Source of the DNA: Betaproteobacteria bacterium | GTDB lineage: Bacteria > Pseudomonadota > Gammaproteobacteria > Burkholderiales > Usitatibacteraceae | Length of the DNA: 34,941 nucleotides | Direction: 5' to 3' | NCBI GenBank assembly: GCA_039930965.1 | Contig: JBDTSU010000001.1 | Coordinates: 1-34,941, forward strand | In this document: piece after piece, positions 16,970-27,500 of the stretch | Position numbering within the stretch: position 1 is the stretch's first letter | How the letters are laid out: every line of letters starts with the position of its first letter | Notes under the pieces: model-generated | What the model saw: the letters and a program-made list of their open reading frames with translations, nothing else | What the model was told of the DNA's origin: nothing | The model's database searches: none | Program-made: the position numbers and the translations under genes

Positions 16970-18259
16970 ATGCAAAACCTCGCAGCTGATTTCGACGCCC
17001 TCGTCCAGCAATTCAACGCTGGTCGTGCCTGGTGGCAGCTGGGGGTTATCGCGGCGGGATTCCTGGCAAGCTGGGCGATCTCGCGCCTGGTTCGGTCCAG
17101 GTTGCCTTCGGACCTTGAACCCGGTGCGCTGAAAATCGGCGCGGGCAGTGTGCAGCGTCTCCTGCTGCCCGTGTTCGCGCTGGTATTCGTTTGGGTAGGC
17201 ACATTTGCGATGTCGAAGTGGCAGCCGGTGCCGCTGCTCAGGCTGGCGATTCCACTGATTGCCTCTTTTGTCATCATTCGTCTGGCCGTCTACCTTCTTC
17301 GCCATGTCATTCCACCCAGCCCGCTGCTGAAGGCGTCGGAGCGAATCATCGTCTACGGCGTATGGGTGATCGTCGCGCTGTATCTCACCGGCATCCTGCC
17401 AGAAATTAATGGTGCGCTCGACGATATCAGCTTCGCGGTCGGCAAGCAGAAGATTACCCTGCTGCTGATTTTGCACGCTGTCTTCTGGTCGGTGTTCACT
17501 GTAATCGTGGCATTGGCAATTTCCCGCATTATCGAAAAACGCCTGATGTCTGCAGCGTCAATCGATATGAGCATGCGCGTCTTCTCAGGAAAACTGGTTC
17601 GCGCGCTGTCAGTGGTACTGGCCATCCTGATTGCCCTGCCGCTGATGGGCATCGATATCACGGTACTGTCGGTATTTGGAGGCGCCCTTGGCGTGGGAAT
17701 AGGCCTTGGACTGCAAAAGATCGCCAGTAACTATGTCAGCGGTTTTGTCATACTGCTCGACCGCTCCATTCGCCCCGGTGACCTCGTCACTATCGGCGAA
17801 CGCCAGGGTGTCGTTGCCGATATCAAGGCCCGTTACACAGTGCTGCGCGGCCTTGACGGCACCGAGGCCATTATTCCCAATGACAGCATCATTTCCAACA
17901 CGGTCCTCAATCATTCGTATTCGGATCCCAAGACGGCAGTAAAGACCTCGGTGACCGTGGCATACGAAAGTGATGTTGAACAGGCGATGGCGTTGTTCTT
18001 GTCCGCCGGCAAGTCTCAAACTCGCGTCCTCGCCGAACCCGAACCGGCGGTATGGATCAAGAACCTCGGAGACAGCGGCATTGAACTGGAGCTAGTTACC
18101 TGGATACGGGATGCGGAACAGGGCCAGGCGTCGCTGCGTTCCGGCATCCTGCTTGAAACATGCCAGTCGTTTCGCCGGCATGGCGTCGACATTCCCTATC
18201 CCCGGCGGGATGTTCGCATGGTCGAAGCGCCTGCCAGCGCTCCCGCGGAGCTTCGATAA
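16970..18259 (+). CDS. Mechanosensitive ion channel family protein (MscS-like)
   Basis: 429 aa with several N-terminal TM helices, then the MscS core (GALGVGIGLGLQKIASNYVSGFVILLDRSIRPGDLV...G.V.DI..RYT.L). Confidence 0.85.
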   Translation: MQNLAADFDALVQQFNAGRAWWQLGVIAAGFLASWAISRLVRSRLPSDLEPGALKIGAGSVQRLLLPVFALVFVWVGTFAMSKWQPVPLLRLAIPLIASFVIIRLAVYLLRHVIPPSPLLKASERIIVYGVWVIVALYLTGILPEINGALDDISFAVGKQKITLLLILHAVFWSVFTVIVALAISRIIEKRLMSAASIDMSMRVFSGKLVRALSVVLAILIALPLMGIDITVLSVFGGALGVGIGLGLQKIASNYVSGFVILLDRSIRPGDLVTIGERQGVVADIKARYTVLRGLDGTEAIIPNDSIISNTVLNHSYSDPKTAVKTSVTVAYESDVEQAMALFLSAGKSQTRVLAEPEPAVWIKNLGDSGIELELVTWIRDAEQGQASLRSGILLETCQSFRRHGVDIPYPRRDVRMVEAPASAPAELR

Positions 18260-18365
18260 TTTCATTTGAAATCATTCGTTTGCGCATATCGACCGCAACA
18301 TTTGGGGATTCGTCGTAAAATGCCCGTCTAACAAGAATATTGATTTTCGTTTGGAGCGCTCATAA

Positions 18366-19571
18366 GTGAATATTCCTGAGTTTTTCGCCACCGGTCTGAT
18401 CGACCTTCCCTGGTGGGGATACATTGTCGTCGCACTGGCATTGACGCATGTCACCATCGCGTCGGTGACCATCTTTCTGCATCGTGCACAAGCTCATCGC
18501 GGTCTGGATTTGCACGCAATTCCCAGCCATTTTTTCCGATTCTGGCTTTGGCTGGCGACCGGCCAGGTGACCAAGGAATGGGTATCGATTCATCGCAAGC
18601 ACCACGCGAAATGCGAAACGGAAGAAGATCCCCATAGTCCAATGGTCTATGGCATCAAGAAGGTGCTGACACAGGGCGCCGAACTGTACCGCATTGAGTC
18701 CCGCAAACCGGAAACCATGGAAAAGTACGGTCACGGCACACCCGATGACTGGATGGAGCGCAATGTCTACAGTAAATACAGCTGGCAGGGTGTCGGCCTG
18801 ATGCTGGTCATCGATCTCGCGCTGTTTGGTCCGCTTGGCGCAACCATCTGGGCCGTGCAAATGGCATGGATCCCGTTTCATGCCGCGGGCGTGATTAATG
18901 GCATCGGTCACTATTGGGGTTATCGCCATTACGCGGTGAATGACACGTCGACCAATATCACGCCGATCGCCTTCTGGATTGGCGGCGAAGAGCTGCATAA
19001 CAATCACCACGCATTTCCTACGTCGGCGCGATTCTCCATGCGCTGGTACGAGTTCGATATCGGCTGGCTTTATATCAATATCCTGAAATTCCTCGGCATG
19101 GCCACCGTGAAAAAAGTTGCCCCACGACCACGATTCAACATGAACAAGATGGTTTGCGACGGCGAAACGCTGCAGGCGGTCATCGCTCACCGGTACGAAA
19201 TTGTTACGCGATACGCAAAGACGCTGAAATCCACCTGCAAGGAGGAGATTTCAAAACTTCGCGAGAATGGCCGTACGCCGCTTGCCTCGATGCGCGAAGG
19301 CAAGGCTGTTCGCAACTTCCGGCACTGGCTGCGCAGCGACGCTGGCCAACTAAGCGCGGAAAATCGGGCCACGCTTCAGGAGACGCTGAAGTACAGCAAC
19401 AAGCTCGATACCATCTACACTTTCCGCCAGGATCTCGCCAAGCTCTGGGAGCGCTCCACGCTCTCCAAGGAAGAACTGGTGTTGAGACTCGAAGACTGGT
19501 GCAAGCGTGCCGAGGCAACCGGTATCCAGCAGTTACAGCAATTCTCAAGACTGCTTAGAAGTTACGCCTGA
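18366..19571 (+). CDS. Membrane fatty-acid (acyl-CoA/acyl-lipid delta-9 type) desaturase
   Basis: GTG start. The three histidine boxes are visible: HRAQAH, HRKHH and HNNHH. Confidence 0.9.
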   Translation: MNIPEFFATGLIDLPWWGYIVVALALTHVTIASVTIFLHRAQAHRGLDLHAIPSHFFRFWLWLATGQVTKEWVSIHRKHHAKCETEEDPHSPMVYGIKKVLTQGAELYRIESRKPETMEKYGHGTPDDWMERNVYSKYSWQGVGLMLVIDLALFGPLGATIWAVQMAWIPFHAAGVINGIGHYWGYRHYAVNDTSTNITPIAFWIGGEELHNNHHAFPTSARFSMRWYEFDIGWLYINILKFLGMATVKKVAPRPRFNMNKMVCDGETLQAVIAHRYEIVTRYAKTLKSTCKEEISKLRENGRTPLASMREGKAVRNFRHWLRSDAGQLSAENRATLQETLKYSNKLDTIYTFRQDLAKLWERSTLSKEELVLRLEDWCKRAEATGIQQLQQFSRLLRSYA

Positions 19572-19584
19572 TCGAACGAATTGC

Positions 19585-19615
19585 AAAAATCCCGGCCTCG
19601 GCCGGGATTTTTTTC
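19585..19615. terminator. Symmetric (potentially bidirectional) rho-independent terminator after the desaturase gene
   Basis: AAAAAT-CCCGGCC-TC-GGCCGGG-ATTTTTTT, a GC stem flanked by an A-run and a T-run. Confidence 0.8.
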
Positions 19616-19697
19616 GTTTGGCGAGTCGCGCCGATTCGGACTTCGGCGAGCCGGGATCCTGAATCGAAGGCCGCACGGACAACCTGCAATCAGCGCG

Positions 19698-19721
19698 AAA
19701 AAAACCCAGCCGAAGCTGGGT
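19698..19721 (-). terminator. Rho-independent terminator of rpmB-rpmG
   Basis: The minus strand reads ACCCAGC-TTCG-GCTGGGT followed by TTTTTTT. It lies 30 nt after the rpmG stop. Confidence 0.8.
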
Positions 19722-19750
19722 TCTTCTCTTCCGGAAATGCGGCGCCCGAC

Positions 19751-19906
19751 CTATTTCAGTTTTGTTTCCTTGTACGCCACATGCTTGCGCGCCTTGGGAT
19801 CAAACTTCATGATCTCCATTTTTTCAGGCATCGTTTTCTTGTTCTTGGTGGTCGTATAGAAATGACCGGTACCGGCGGTCGATTCGAGTTTGATTTTCTC
19901 TCTCAT
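19751..19906 (-). CDS. rpmG: 50S ribosomal protein L33
   Basis: [51 protein letters not shown] (51 aa), an unmistakable L33. The track ORF extension to 19963 is spurious. Confidence 0.97.
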   Translation of the reverse strand: MREKIKLESTAGTGHFYTTTKNKKTMPEKMEIMKFDPKARKHVAYKETKLK

Positions 19907-19916
19907 GATTCGCCCC

Positions 19917-20153
19917 TTAGATAGTGATGCCGCTGGCTCGCAGATCGGCGAGGACGGCGTCAATGCCGTTCTTGTCGATGGTACGGAGACCGGCGTTGGT
20001 CAGGCGCAGCCGCACCCAACGGTTTTCAGATTCGACCCAAAAGCGGCGGTACTGCAGATTTGGCAGAAAACGACGCTTGGTCTTGTTATTCGCGTGGGAA
20101 ACATTGTTGCCCACCATAGGGGCTTTCCCCGTTACTTGGCAAACGCGTGCCAT
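19917..20153 (-). CDS. rpmB: 50S ribosomal protein L28
   Basis: [34 protein letters not shown]... (78 aa), a canonical L28. It lies 10 nt upstream of rpmG. Confidence 0.97.
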   Translation of the reverse strand: MARVCQVTGKAPMVGNNVSHANNKTKRRFLPNLQYRRFWVESENRWVRLRLTNAGLRTIDKNGIDAVLADLRASGITI

Positions 20154-20254
20154 AGAACACCTCATTGAACGATTGAACAGCGGACCGAAAATACCGGTTC
20201 CATTAGTTGTTGATTGCTGGCAGTCAAAAGTGCCTTATTGGCGGCCAGCCCAAA

Positions 20255-20284
20255 ATTATATACAAAACCAAGTACTTGGCGCAA
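20255..20284 (-). promoter_or_regulatory. Candidate sigma70 promoter of rpmB-rpmG (TTGCGC-N18-TATAAT)
   Basis: On the minus strand, the -35 TTGCGC is at 20284-20279 and the -10 TATAAT at 20260-20255. This implies a ~95-nt leader. Confidence 0.4.
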
Positions 20285-20309
20285 CTGTTTCCTTCAAAAA
20301 GGACGCATT

Positions 20310-20987
20310 TCACATCAGAATGCCTTGCTCCGCAAACGACAGGGACGCCCCCGGCGCGACGATGAAATGATCCAGCACGCGGACGTCGATCAGGGACAGC
20401 GCGTCGGCAAGCGCCTTTGTCAACGACCTGTCTGCCGCGCTGGGACTGGCTTCACCGGACGGGTGATTATGCGCCAGGATCACTGCCGCCGCATTGTGTG
20501 CAAGCGCTCGCTTAACGATTTCGCGAGGATATACACTGGTCTGGGTCAACGTTCCGCGAAACAATTCTTCCACGGCAATAACCCGATTTTGCGCGGTCAG
20601 GAAAACCGACACGAATACTTCGTGCGGCAGCCGCGCCAGCGTCAACCGCAAATAGTCCCGCACGGCCTGCGGCGAGTTCAGCGCGTCCGACTGCTTCATC
20701 TTTTCATCCAGCGCACGGCGTGACATTTCCAGAACCGCCTGCAATTGCACGTACTTTGCAACACCCATGCCCTTGATGGCGGAAAGACTGGCTTCACTCG
20801 CGGAAAACAGCGCGGCGAGCGATCCAAAGTGCTCGACCAGATCGCGTCCAAGGTCAACGGCGCTCTTGCCCTTGACGCCTACCCGCAGAAAGATCGCCAA
20901 CAACTCGGCATCAGACAATGCTGCCGCCCCCTGCTTTATCAATCGTTCTCGCGGGCGTTCGTCGACGGGCCATTCGGTAATTGCCAT
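20310..20987 (-). CDS. radC: RadC-family (JAB/MPN domain) protein
   Basis: [16 protein letters not shown] start, HhH region and JAMM-like motif [21 protein letters not shown]. Confidence 0.9.
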   Translation of the reverse strand: MAITEWPVDERPRERLIKQGAAALSDAELLAIFLRVGVKGKSAVDLGRDLVEHFGSLAALFSASEASLSAIKGMGVAKYVQLQAVLEMSRRALDEKMKQSDALNSPQAVRDYLRLTLARLPHEVFVSVFLTAQNRVIAVEELFRGTLTQTSVYPREIVKRALAHNAAAVILAHNHPSGEASPSAADRSLTKALADALSLIDVRVLDHFIVAPGASLSFAEQGILM

Positions 20988-21018
20988 ATGTGCAAACAAT
21001 CCTGTGTAAAATTCTGAG

Positions 21019-22260
21019 ATGCCTGATGAGAAAGCAAAGAAGGTCTTGCTGGGAATTACCGGTGGTATCGCTGCCTACAAGTCGGCTGAGCTCACCCGAC
21101 TGTTGAAGAAAACCGGTATGAATGTCCAGGTCGTAATGACCGAGGCAGGTACCCGATTCATCACGCCCGTCACTCTTCAGGCGCTGTCTGGCAACATGGT
21201 TTTTGTCGACGCATGGGATTCCCGCGTGGCCAATAATATGGCGCACATCGAACTTTCCCGCGACGCGGACGCCATCTTGATCGCACCGGCGAGCGCCGAT
21301 TTTCTGGCAAAGCTCGCCAACGGACTTGCCAATGACCTGCTTTCAACGCTTTGCCTCGCTCGTCAGCCGACATGTGCGTTGCTGGTGGCTCCCGCGATGA
21401 ACCGCGAGATGTGGGAAAACGCCGCAACCCAGCGGAACATCTCGCAGTTGCGCACTGACGGAGTCAGGATTCTTGGCCCTGAAAGCGGTGAACAAGCATG
21501 CGGTGAAACAGGGATGGGGCGAATGCTGGAGGTAGACCAGCTGGCGCGCGAGACGATCGCGTTCTTTGCGCCGAAACTGCTTTCGTCCCGGCGCGCATTG
21601 GTTACTGCCGGTCCGACATTTGAATCTATTGATCCCGTGCGAGGAATTACTAACCGCAGTTCAGGAAAGATGGGGTACGCCATTGCGCGCGCGCTGGCGG
21701 ATCTGGGTGCCGAGGTCGTGCTGATCAGTGGCCCGGCCGCCATTGCACCTCCCGACAAGTTGAAACTGATTAGAGTTGAAAGCGCTTCGCAGATGTTGAA
21801 TGCTGTAAAGCATGAATTAAGCGACGTTGATCTATTTTTCTCTGTCGCCGCAGTTGCCGACTATGCCCCCGTAAGGTCGAGTTCTCAAAAGATAAAAAAG
21901 ACGTCGGGGCCGATATCGATCGAATTGGTACCCACTGTTGATATTCTTGCCTGGGTTGCCGCGCAAGCCAACCCGCCGTTCTGTGTGGGCTTTGCGGCAG
22001 AAAGCGAAAACGTCGTCGAATATGCGCGTAAAAAGCGAGAAAAGAAGAAAATTCCCATGATCGTCGCAAATCTCGCCACATCGGCAATTGGCGCGGATTC
22101 AAATGAAGTAACCATTCTGGATGGCGATGGTGATCATCTCGTGCCGCGCGATTCCAAGGACGCAGTTGCGAGAATCATCGTGAACCATGCGGCAAAGTTA
22201 TTTTCAAAAAGTGTCCGACTGGCCAAGCAGCCGGTACGGAAATCCACAAAAAATGCATAA
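21019..22260 (+). CDS. coaBC: Bifunctional phosphopantothenoylcysteine decarboxylase / phosphopantothenate-cysteine ligase
   Basis: 413 aa with [19 protein letters not shown] and [10 protein letters not shown] motifs. Confidence 0.95.
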   Translation: MPDEKAKKVLLGITGGIAAYKSAELTRLLKKTGMNVQVVMTEAGTRFITPVTLQALSGNMVFVDAWDSRVANNMAHIELSRDADAILIAPASADFLAKLANGLANDLLSTLCLARQPTCALLVAPAMNREMWENAATQRNISQLRTDGVRILGPESGEQACGETGMGRMLEVDQLARETIAFFAPKLLSSRRALVTAGPTFESIDPVRGITNRSSGKMGYAIARALADLGAEVVLISGPAAIAPPDKLKLIRVESASQMLNAVKHELSDVDLFFSVAAVADYAPVRSSSQKIKKTSGPISIELVPTVDILAWVAAQANPPFCVGFAAESENVVEYARKKREKKKIPMIVANLATSAIGADSNEVTILDGDGDHLVPRDSKDAVARIIVNHAAKLFSKSVRLAKQPVRKSTKNA

Positions 22261-22702
22261 GCTCGATATTCGCGTACTCGATAGCCGACTACTGGATCAA
22301 CTCCCGCAATATGCCACGCCCGGCTCCGCCGGCCTGGATCTGCGCGCGTGCATCGAGGTGGCCATCGTCCTCAAGCCCGGCGATTCCACGCTGGTACCTT
22401 CGGGAATCGCCATTCATCTCGCCAATCCTTCCTACGCGGCAATGGTTTTGCCTCGATCCGGGTTAGGCCACAAGCACGGCATTGTTCTCGGCAATCTGGT
22501 TGGGCTGATCGACTCCGATTACCAGGGACAAATCTTTGTTTCCCTGTGGAATCGCAGCCAGGCCGAGTTCACTATCCAGCCACTTGAGCGGATTGCACAG
22601 CTCATAGTGGTCCCGGTACTGCAGGTCAAGTTCAATGTCGTCGCGGATTTCGCGACATCTGCGCGTGGCGCGGGCGGCTTCGGCAGTACCGGAAAGCGCT
22701 AG
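22253..22702 (+). CDS. dut: dUTP diphosphatase
   Basis: The start is the internal ATG at 22253 ([10 protein letters not shown]...), overlapping the coaBC stop by 8 nt. Motifs: [29 protein letters not shown]. Confidence 0.95.
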   Translation: MHKLDIRVLDSRLLDQLPQYATPGSAGLDLRACIEVAIVLKPGDSTLVPSGIAIHLANPSYAAMVLPRSGLGHKHGIVLGNLVGLIDSDYQGQIFVSLWNRSQAEFTIQPLERIAQLIVVPVLQVKFNVVADFATSARGAGGFGSTGKR

Positions 22703-22759
22703 CCTGCCGCAACGACCGCACACCGCAACCGCGTCACCCGCCCAGATCAACTTCCATCC

Positions 22760-23227
22760 ATGTCAAATCGCCTCGTCACTTTCGCGTTCGTCCTGTTTTC
22801 ACTAATTCTCACCGGCGTTACACCGGTCTGGTCGAAGGAACCCGTTGCAATGCTGCCCGCCATCACTCTGAAGGCGGGCGGCCAGACAATTTATGCGGAA
22901 GTCGCCGCAACCGACGAAACGCGGCAGAAGGGATTGATGCATCGCGAAAAACTGCCTGGCAACACCGGCATGCTATTTGTCTTTCCCGACATCGCCTACC
23001 ATGCCATGTGGATGCGCAACACCCCATTGCCCCTCGCGGTCGCCTTCATGGATCAAACCGGCAAGATCGTCAGCATTCATGAAATGCAGCCGTTTACCGA
23101 AATCAGCCACCAGGCGGCGGGACCGGCGAGATATGCGCTGGAGATGAACAGTGGGTGGTTCACTCGCCACAAAGTCAAGGTGGGCGATTCCATCTCCGGT
23201 CTTGGCAGGGCGCCCAAGCCCAATTGA
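22760..23227 (+). CDS. Secreted DUF192-family protein
   Basis: 155 aa with a signal peptide. GLMHREKLPGNTGMLFVFP...MWMRNTPLPLAVAFMD...YALEMNSGW matches the DUF192/COG1430 pattern as I recall it. Confidence 0.8.
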   Translation: MSNRLVTFAFVLFSLILTGVTPVWSKEPVAMLPAITLKAGGQTIYAEVAATDETRQKGLMHREKLPGNTGMLFVFPDIAYHAMWMRNTPLPLAVAFMDQTGKIVSIHEMQPFTEISHQAAGPARYALEMNSGWFTRHKVKVGDSISGLGRAPKPN

Positions 23228-23235
23228 AACGTGCA

Positions 23236-24291
23236 TCAGGCGGCGACCAGGCTACCCGGTTCGATCGCCACAATGGCCTTTGCCTGATTGATGTCGCTTG
23301 CATACCCGCAGCCATAGAGACAGCATGCGAGCAGGTTGGCAACGTGTGACGGCAGGGCCGCTTTGGCGGCGAGTCGCTGGTGCGTCCACGCGGCCCAGGC
23401 GCGTGGATCACACGCCTCCAGCGCCGGTCCGGTGGGTGTCCGCCCGGCGAATTCCGGCGGGGTGGGATTACTGTCGCGATCGAACAATGATTGCCAGGCA
23501 GCGCCGACTTCACCATCGCGAAATGCGATCCATGGCTGACCAAGAATACCTTCAGCCGCGGATTCCGTTGCTGACACAATCAGCGCGGGTGCCTCCAGCA
23601 CGACACTTTCGTCGGCGAGACTTGGTCTTAGCCAGGAAGCCATGTGCAAGACATGCAATGACCGGGTTGACGTATCGGCAACCGGCATCAGCATGTTTGC
23701 CAGCGAATGTGCCGGCGTGCGGACACCAAGCCGGTTGCGCAATGACAACATGGCGGCGAGGCCCGGCGAAAACAGTGTCACCGGCAGCAGAGCCAGGCCG
23801 GTTTCGGCAATCTGCCGCGCTGCCTGGCCGCGCGTGGCCGCGGGGAGTACGCCGAACTCGCGAAACACACAGCAGTTGTGCAGTCCGCCTTGCGTTTCGA
23901 CCGCGCCATGCACCAACACGCGAACCCCCATGCGCCGCAGCAAGAGTGCCAATAGCGGCATGGCGGGAAATGCACTTTCCTCACCATAGTTTGGCAGCAC
24001 CACAACCTGGGCAGATCCGCTGTCCACACACAATGGCGTCATTCGATCGCGAATCGCATCACTCAGGCCGAGGACGATCCCGGTGAAACCGTCCGCGGCG
24101 CGATGCGCTTCCAGCAGTGCCGAGGCGGTCATCAATGCGCCGATCTCCAGATCGGATGCCCCGCCATCCAGTACTGTCGCAAACGCCGCGCGCATGGTGA
24201 GCGGCTCAATGGCAGGCGCCGCCGCTTTTCCCCCTGCGTCCGGAAATTGCGGTGAGCAGAGATCCTTGATGACCTGGATGACAGCTGACAT
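23236..24291 (-). CDS. YbiB/TrpD2-family protein (anthranilate phosphoribosyltransferase-like DNA-binding protein)
   Basis: It tracks E. coli YbiB along its length: DLEIGALMTA ~ DLELGGVLIA, VVVLPNYG...PLLALLLRRMGVRVLVHG ~ IVIPSYNG...PLLAILLHKLGFPVVVHG, LRNRLGVRTPAHSLANML ~ MRWRMGVRNSAHTLAKLA. ATG at 24291 aligns best with the YbiB N-terminus. In-frame alternatives are ATG 24339 and GTG 24402. Confidence 0.75.
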   Translation of the reverse strand: MSAVIQVIKDLCSPQFPDAGGKAAAPAIEPLTMRAAFATVLDGGASDLEIGALMTASALLEAHRAADGFTGIVLGLSDAIRDRMTPLCVDSGSAQVVVLPNYGEESAFPAMPLLALLLRRMGVRVLVHGAVETQGGLHNCCVFREFGVLPAATRGQAARQIAETGLALLPVTLFSPGLAAMLSLRNRLGVRTPAHSLANMLMPVADTSTRSLHVLHMASWLRPSLADESVVLEAPALIVSATESAAEGILGQPWIAFRDGEVGAAWQSLFDRDSNPTPPEFAGRTPTGPALEACDPRAWAAWTHQRLAAKAALPSHVANLLACCLYGCGYASDINQAKAIVAIEPGSLVAA

Positions 24292-24502
24292 GAGCGAATC
24301 CACATCGACGATAGACGAATGGCTGTAAGCATCGGCCATGCCAGACTCGATTCGTCGATGCGATGGTTGTCCCCGCTGTACGATGGCGAGATGGCGCGCC
24401 ACGCATTCGCACCATGCCTGTGCCCTGGGCGTGCCGAAGTGAATACTGCGTGCAATGTTGGTGCGACCGGTCCGGCGAATACATCGGCCGACAATTGATG
24501 CC

Positions 24503-27500
24503 TTATCCGCTCCGCCAATCCCATTCGCGCCAACCCGCCAAGAGCGGAAAATACAAGCCCAGTTTGATTGATGGCCGCGGCGTTCCGGTGCTTAGCGCAT
24601 CGACCAGGGCGGCGTAAGTCTCAAGTTGCGCGCGGTAGCGCTTCTGTTCGTTGTCCATGAAGGCCGCCACATCGCCGCCTTCATGCCCACCGGTCTTGAA
24701 GTCGATGATCCAGCGTATGCCCTCCGCGTCGATAAAACTGCGGTCGATGGCCACATTGACGATCTCTCGATCCCTTGTGCCGCTGATCCGCCATTCGGAC
24801 TTCGCCAGCCGTTGCGCATCCAGTACCCAGCGGCCGCGTGAATCATCGAGGGTCCTGGCTAGCGCCTCGCCGACACGACGGGACGCGCCCGGCAGTTCAC
24901 CAGCCTCGACGCCCAATTGCTGCAGCTCAACCTCGAAGACGCCCTGCGACCGCGCGACCCGTCCGGCATTCCAGTTTGCCAATCCGTCGATGGCAATGCG
25001 CTGCAGAAACGCATGCACAACCGTGCCGATGTGCCGGGCCGTCTCTCCGGCCCATTCGAAATCGATGGGTGAATCCTGCTTCGCGCTTGCACGGCCTGAC
25101 CCCGGGGCAATGGCGGCCGGCATTCGCGGCAGGCTATGCGGGGTCGCCAACCTCATGGCGCGCGCGGCGGCATCGCAGTTCACGGGGCCTGGCCTTGATG
25201 GCGTCAATTCCCTTCGCGGCGCCAACATTGCATTGTCAAACACGGCTTCCACCGCCGGCCACAACGCGGCGAGCAGGCTGCCGGCCCGCGGCGCGGTGAG
25301 TTTCTCCCCACCCTTGTCGGACTTCACCGCCACACAACCCAGCAGATGCAGGCGCCGCTTGGCTCGCGTGGCGGCAACGTACAGCAGGCGAACCTCCTCT
25401 TGCCGTTGTTTCTCGAGTTCGTGCTGCCGAACATACTGGTAGATCTTCTCGGCTTCATCTTCGCCTTCGTCATCGGCACCGGTCTCACGAATCGGCGCCA
25501 CCACCAGCTCGTGCCGGCCCGAGCCATGAATGGGCAACTCGGCCCACGCCACCAGCCCCTTCTCGTCGCGGCGCGGAACGCGGTGGAGCGCCGGCAGGAT
25601 CACAGCATCGAATTCCAAGCCTTTGGCTTTGTGAATGGTCATGATCTGCACAGCGGCATGGTCGCCATCATCGGGCACGCGATTGCCTGCATATAGCGTA
25701 TCCACCCGCGCATCGAGCGGGTCGAGATCACCGATGTGGCTGCCCCCGCTCTGAGCCTGCGCTTCCGCTTCGAGCAAATCCAGCAGTTGCGCGGCATCAT
25801 CAAGATCGCCCGCGCTCGCCAGACATGCCGGGCCGTGCAGCGACAACCAGACGCTTTCGACCAGATCGCGCAGCGGCTGGCGGCGGCTCGCGGCAAGCGC
25901 CGGTGCGAGCACCGCCCGCAAGCGTTCGAGCCTGAACCGGCCGTCGGCAGATATCAGTGCCAGCCGCGAATCATCACCGATGATTTCCCACAGCCCGCGG
26001 GTGTCGGGTGCCAGCGTGCCATCAACTGCCATCGCGCCGCCGACAAGGACGGCAAGGTCGTTCAACGTCAATCCGCACCATGGCGCGCGCAGCACCGCGA
26101 GCCAGGCGATGCGATCGGACGGGTGCAGCAATGCCCGCGTCAGCGCCTGCAGGTCCCGCACCACTGGACGTTCTTTCAACGGGTCGATGTCGACGGCGCG
26201 AAATGGAATGTTCGCCGCCTTCAGTGCGGGCACGATGGCGGCGAGGTGGGTGCGATTGCGCACCAGCAACGCGATACTTTCCGGTCTTTCACCCGGCAAT
26301 CGTGCGGCCTTCATCTCATGGCGCATCGCCACGATAATCCCGACAATCGCGCGGGCCTCATCCGCATCGTTGTCCGGCTCGTCGTCGTCCTGATTGGCAT
26401 CCACAACATTTCTTCTCACCAGTTGCGGATGCCAGGTCACTGCCGGCCGGCCCGAGTCATCGGCGGGTTTGAACGCGACGCTGGCGGCATAGGGTACCTG
26501 CCCCGAAGCGTTGTCGTGCCCACCGGGCATCAACGCGGCAAAGGTCTCATTCACCCACTCGACCACTCCGCGCCGCGAGCGGAAATTGACCGTCAATTGC
26601 AGTTCGTTTAATGCAACGATGCCGATGCCGTCTTCCGTCGCCCGTCGGAACTGTTCCACCTCGGCCTTGCGGAAACGATAAATGGACTGCATCGGATCGC
26701 CGACCAGGAACAGCGTCCGCCCATCTCCTTCACTCCAGCCGCGAGTGAGCATCCCCAGCAGCTCAAACTGCGCGACCGAGGTATCCTGGAATTCGTCCAC
26801 CAGCAGATGCTGGATGCGGTAGTCGAGTGCCAGCGCCAGGTCCGTTGGCTCGTCATCAGCTCCGAGCGCGCGTGTCGCCGCCAGCGCGATTTCGGTAAAA
26901 TCGCACCGGCCTTGCGCGCTGAAGACGGTCCACAGCATGGCAGTCGCCCGCGGCAGCAAGCGCACGATTGCACCCAGAACATCCCACTGCTGCTCGGTGT
27001 AGCGGGCGGGGGGAAGTCTGCGAAGTTTGTCGAGCAACTGGGCGAGACGCGCACCGCGATCGCTGTTCTCCAGACGCTCGAGCAAATCGCCCATGCGCGT
27101 CTTGGCGGCCGCGAAATGCGCCTTTTGCTCCCTGCTCTCGCCTTGCGGGAAACCAACGTTTTTGTTGAGGCCTCCGCGCTTGCGCCAGGTCCCTTTCTGG
27201 GTGAGCAGGAGCTCGGCGATGTCCAGCCAGCAAGGCAAGGACGCCTCGGTCGAGTCCGGCCAGCATGCTGCCGAGGCGATCGGCGAAACTGCAGCACTGG
27301 CGCGGCCCTCAGACTTGTTTTGGTCTGCGAACCGCGCCAGCGCTAGTGTTTCTTCCCTATGTTCTGCCGGAAAGTGTCCGGCGGCCGCGTCAATCGTGTT
27401 TGCGCGCACCCGTGCCAGTGCCGCTTCCAGCGCTTCCCGTATGTTCATTCTCGGCAGATTGCGCAGCCAGTGATCGCGCGCGCGCAACATGTCCGCGAGC

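Noticed and set aside
16505-19190. Long minus-strand ORFs (16505..17476, 323 aa; 16756..17277; 18360..19190, 276 aa) antisense to rsmB/mscS and the desaturase.
   Set aside because: They have biased composition (Arg/Gln/His/Gly) and no recognisable domains. The sense-strand genes have unambiguous motifs.
20310-20987. RadC as a marker of a mobile or competence island.
   Set aside because: It sits in the conserved core arrangement radC / coaBC-dut next to rpmB-rpmG. No integrase, repeats or compositional break were seen.
24292-24502. Searched for a LexA box (CTGT-N8-ACAG) upstream of the ybiB-like gene, and also in 31224..31360 upstream of fdxA.
   Set aside because: No CTGT is followed by ACAG at the correct spacing on either strand, so SOS control cannot be claimed from the sequence.
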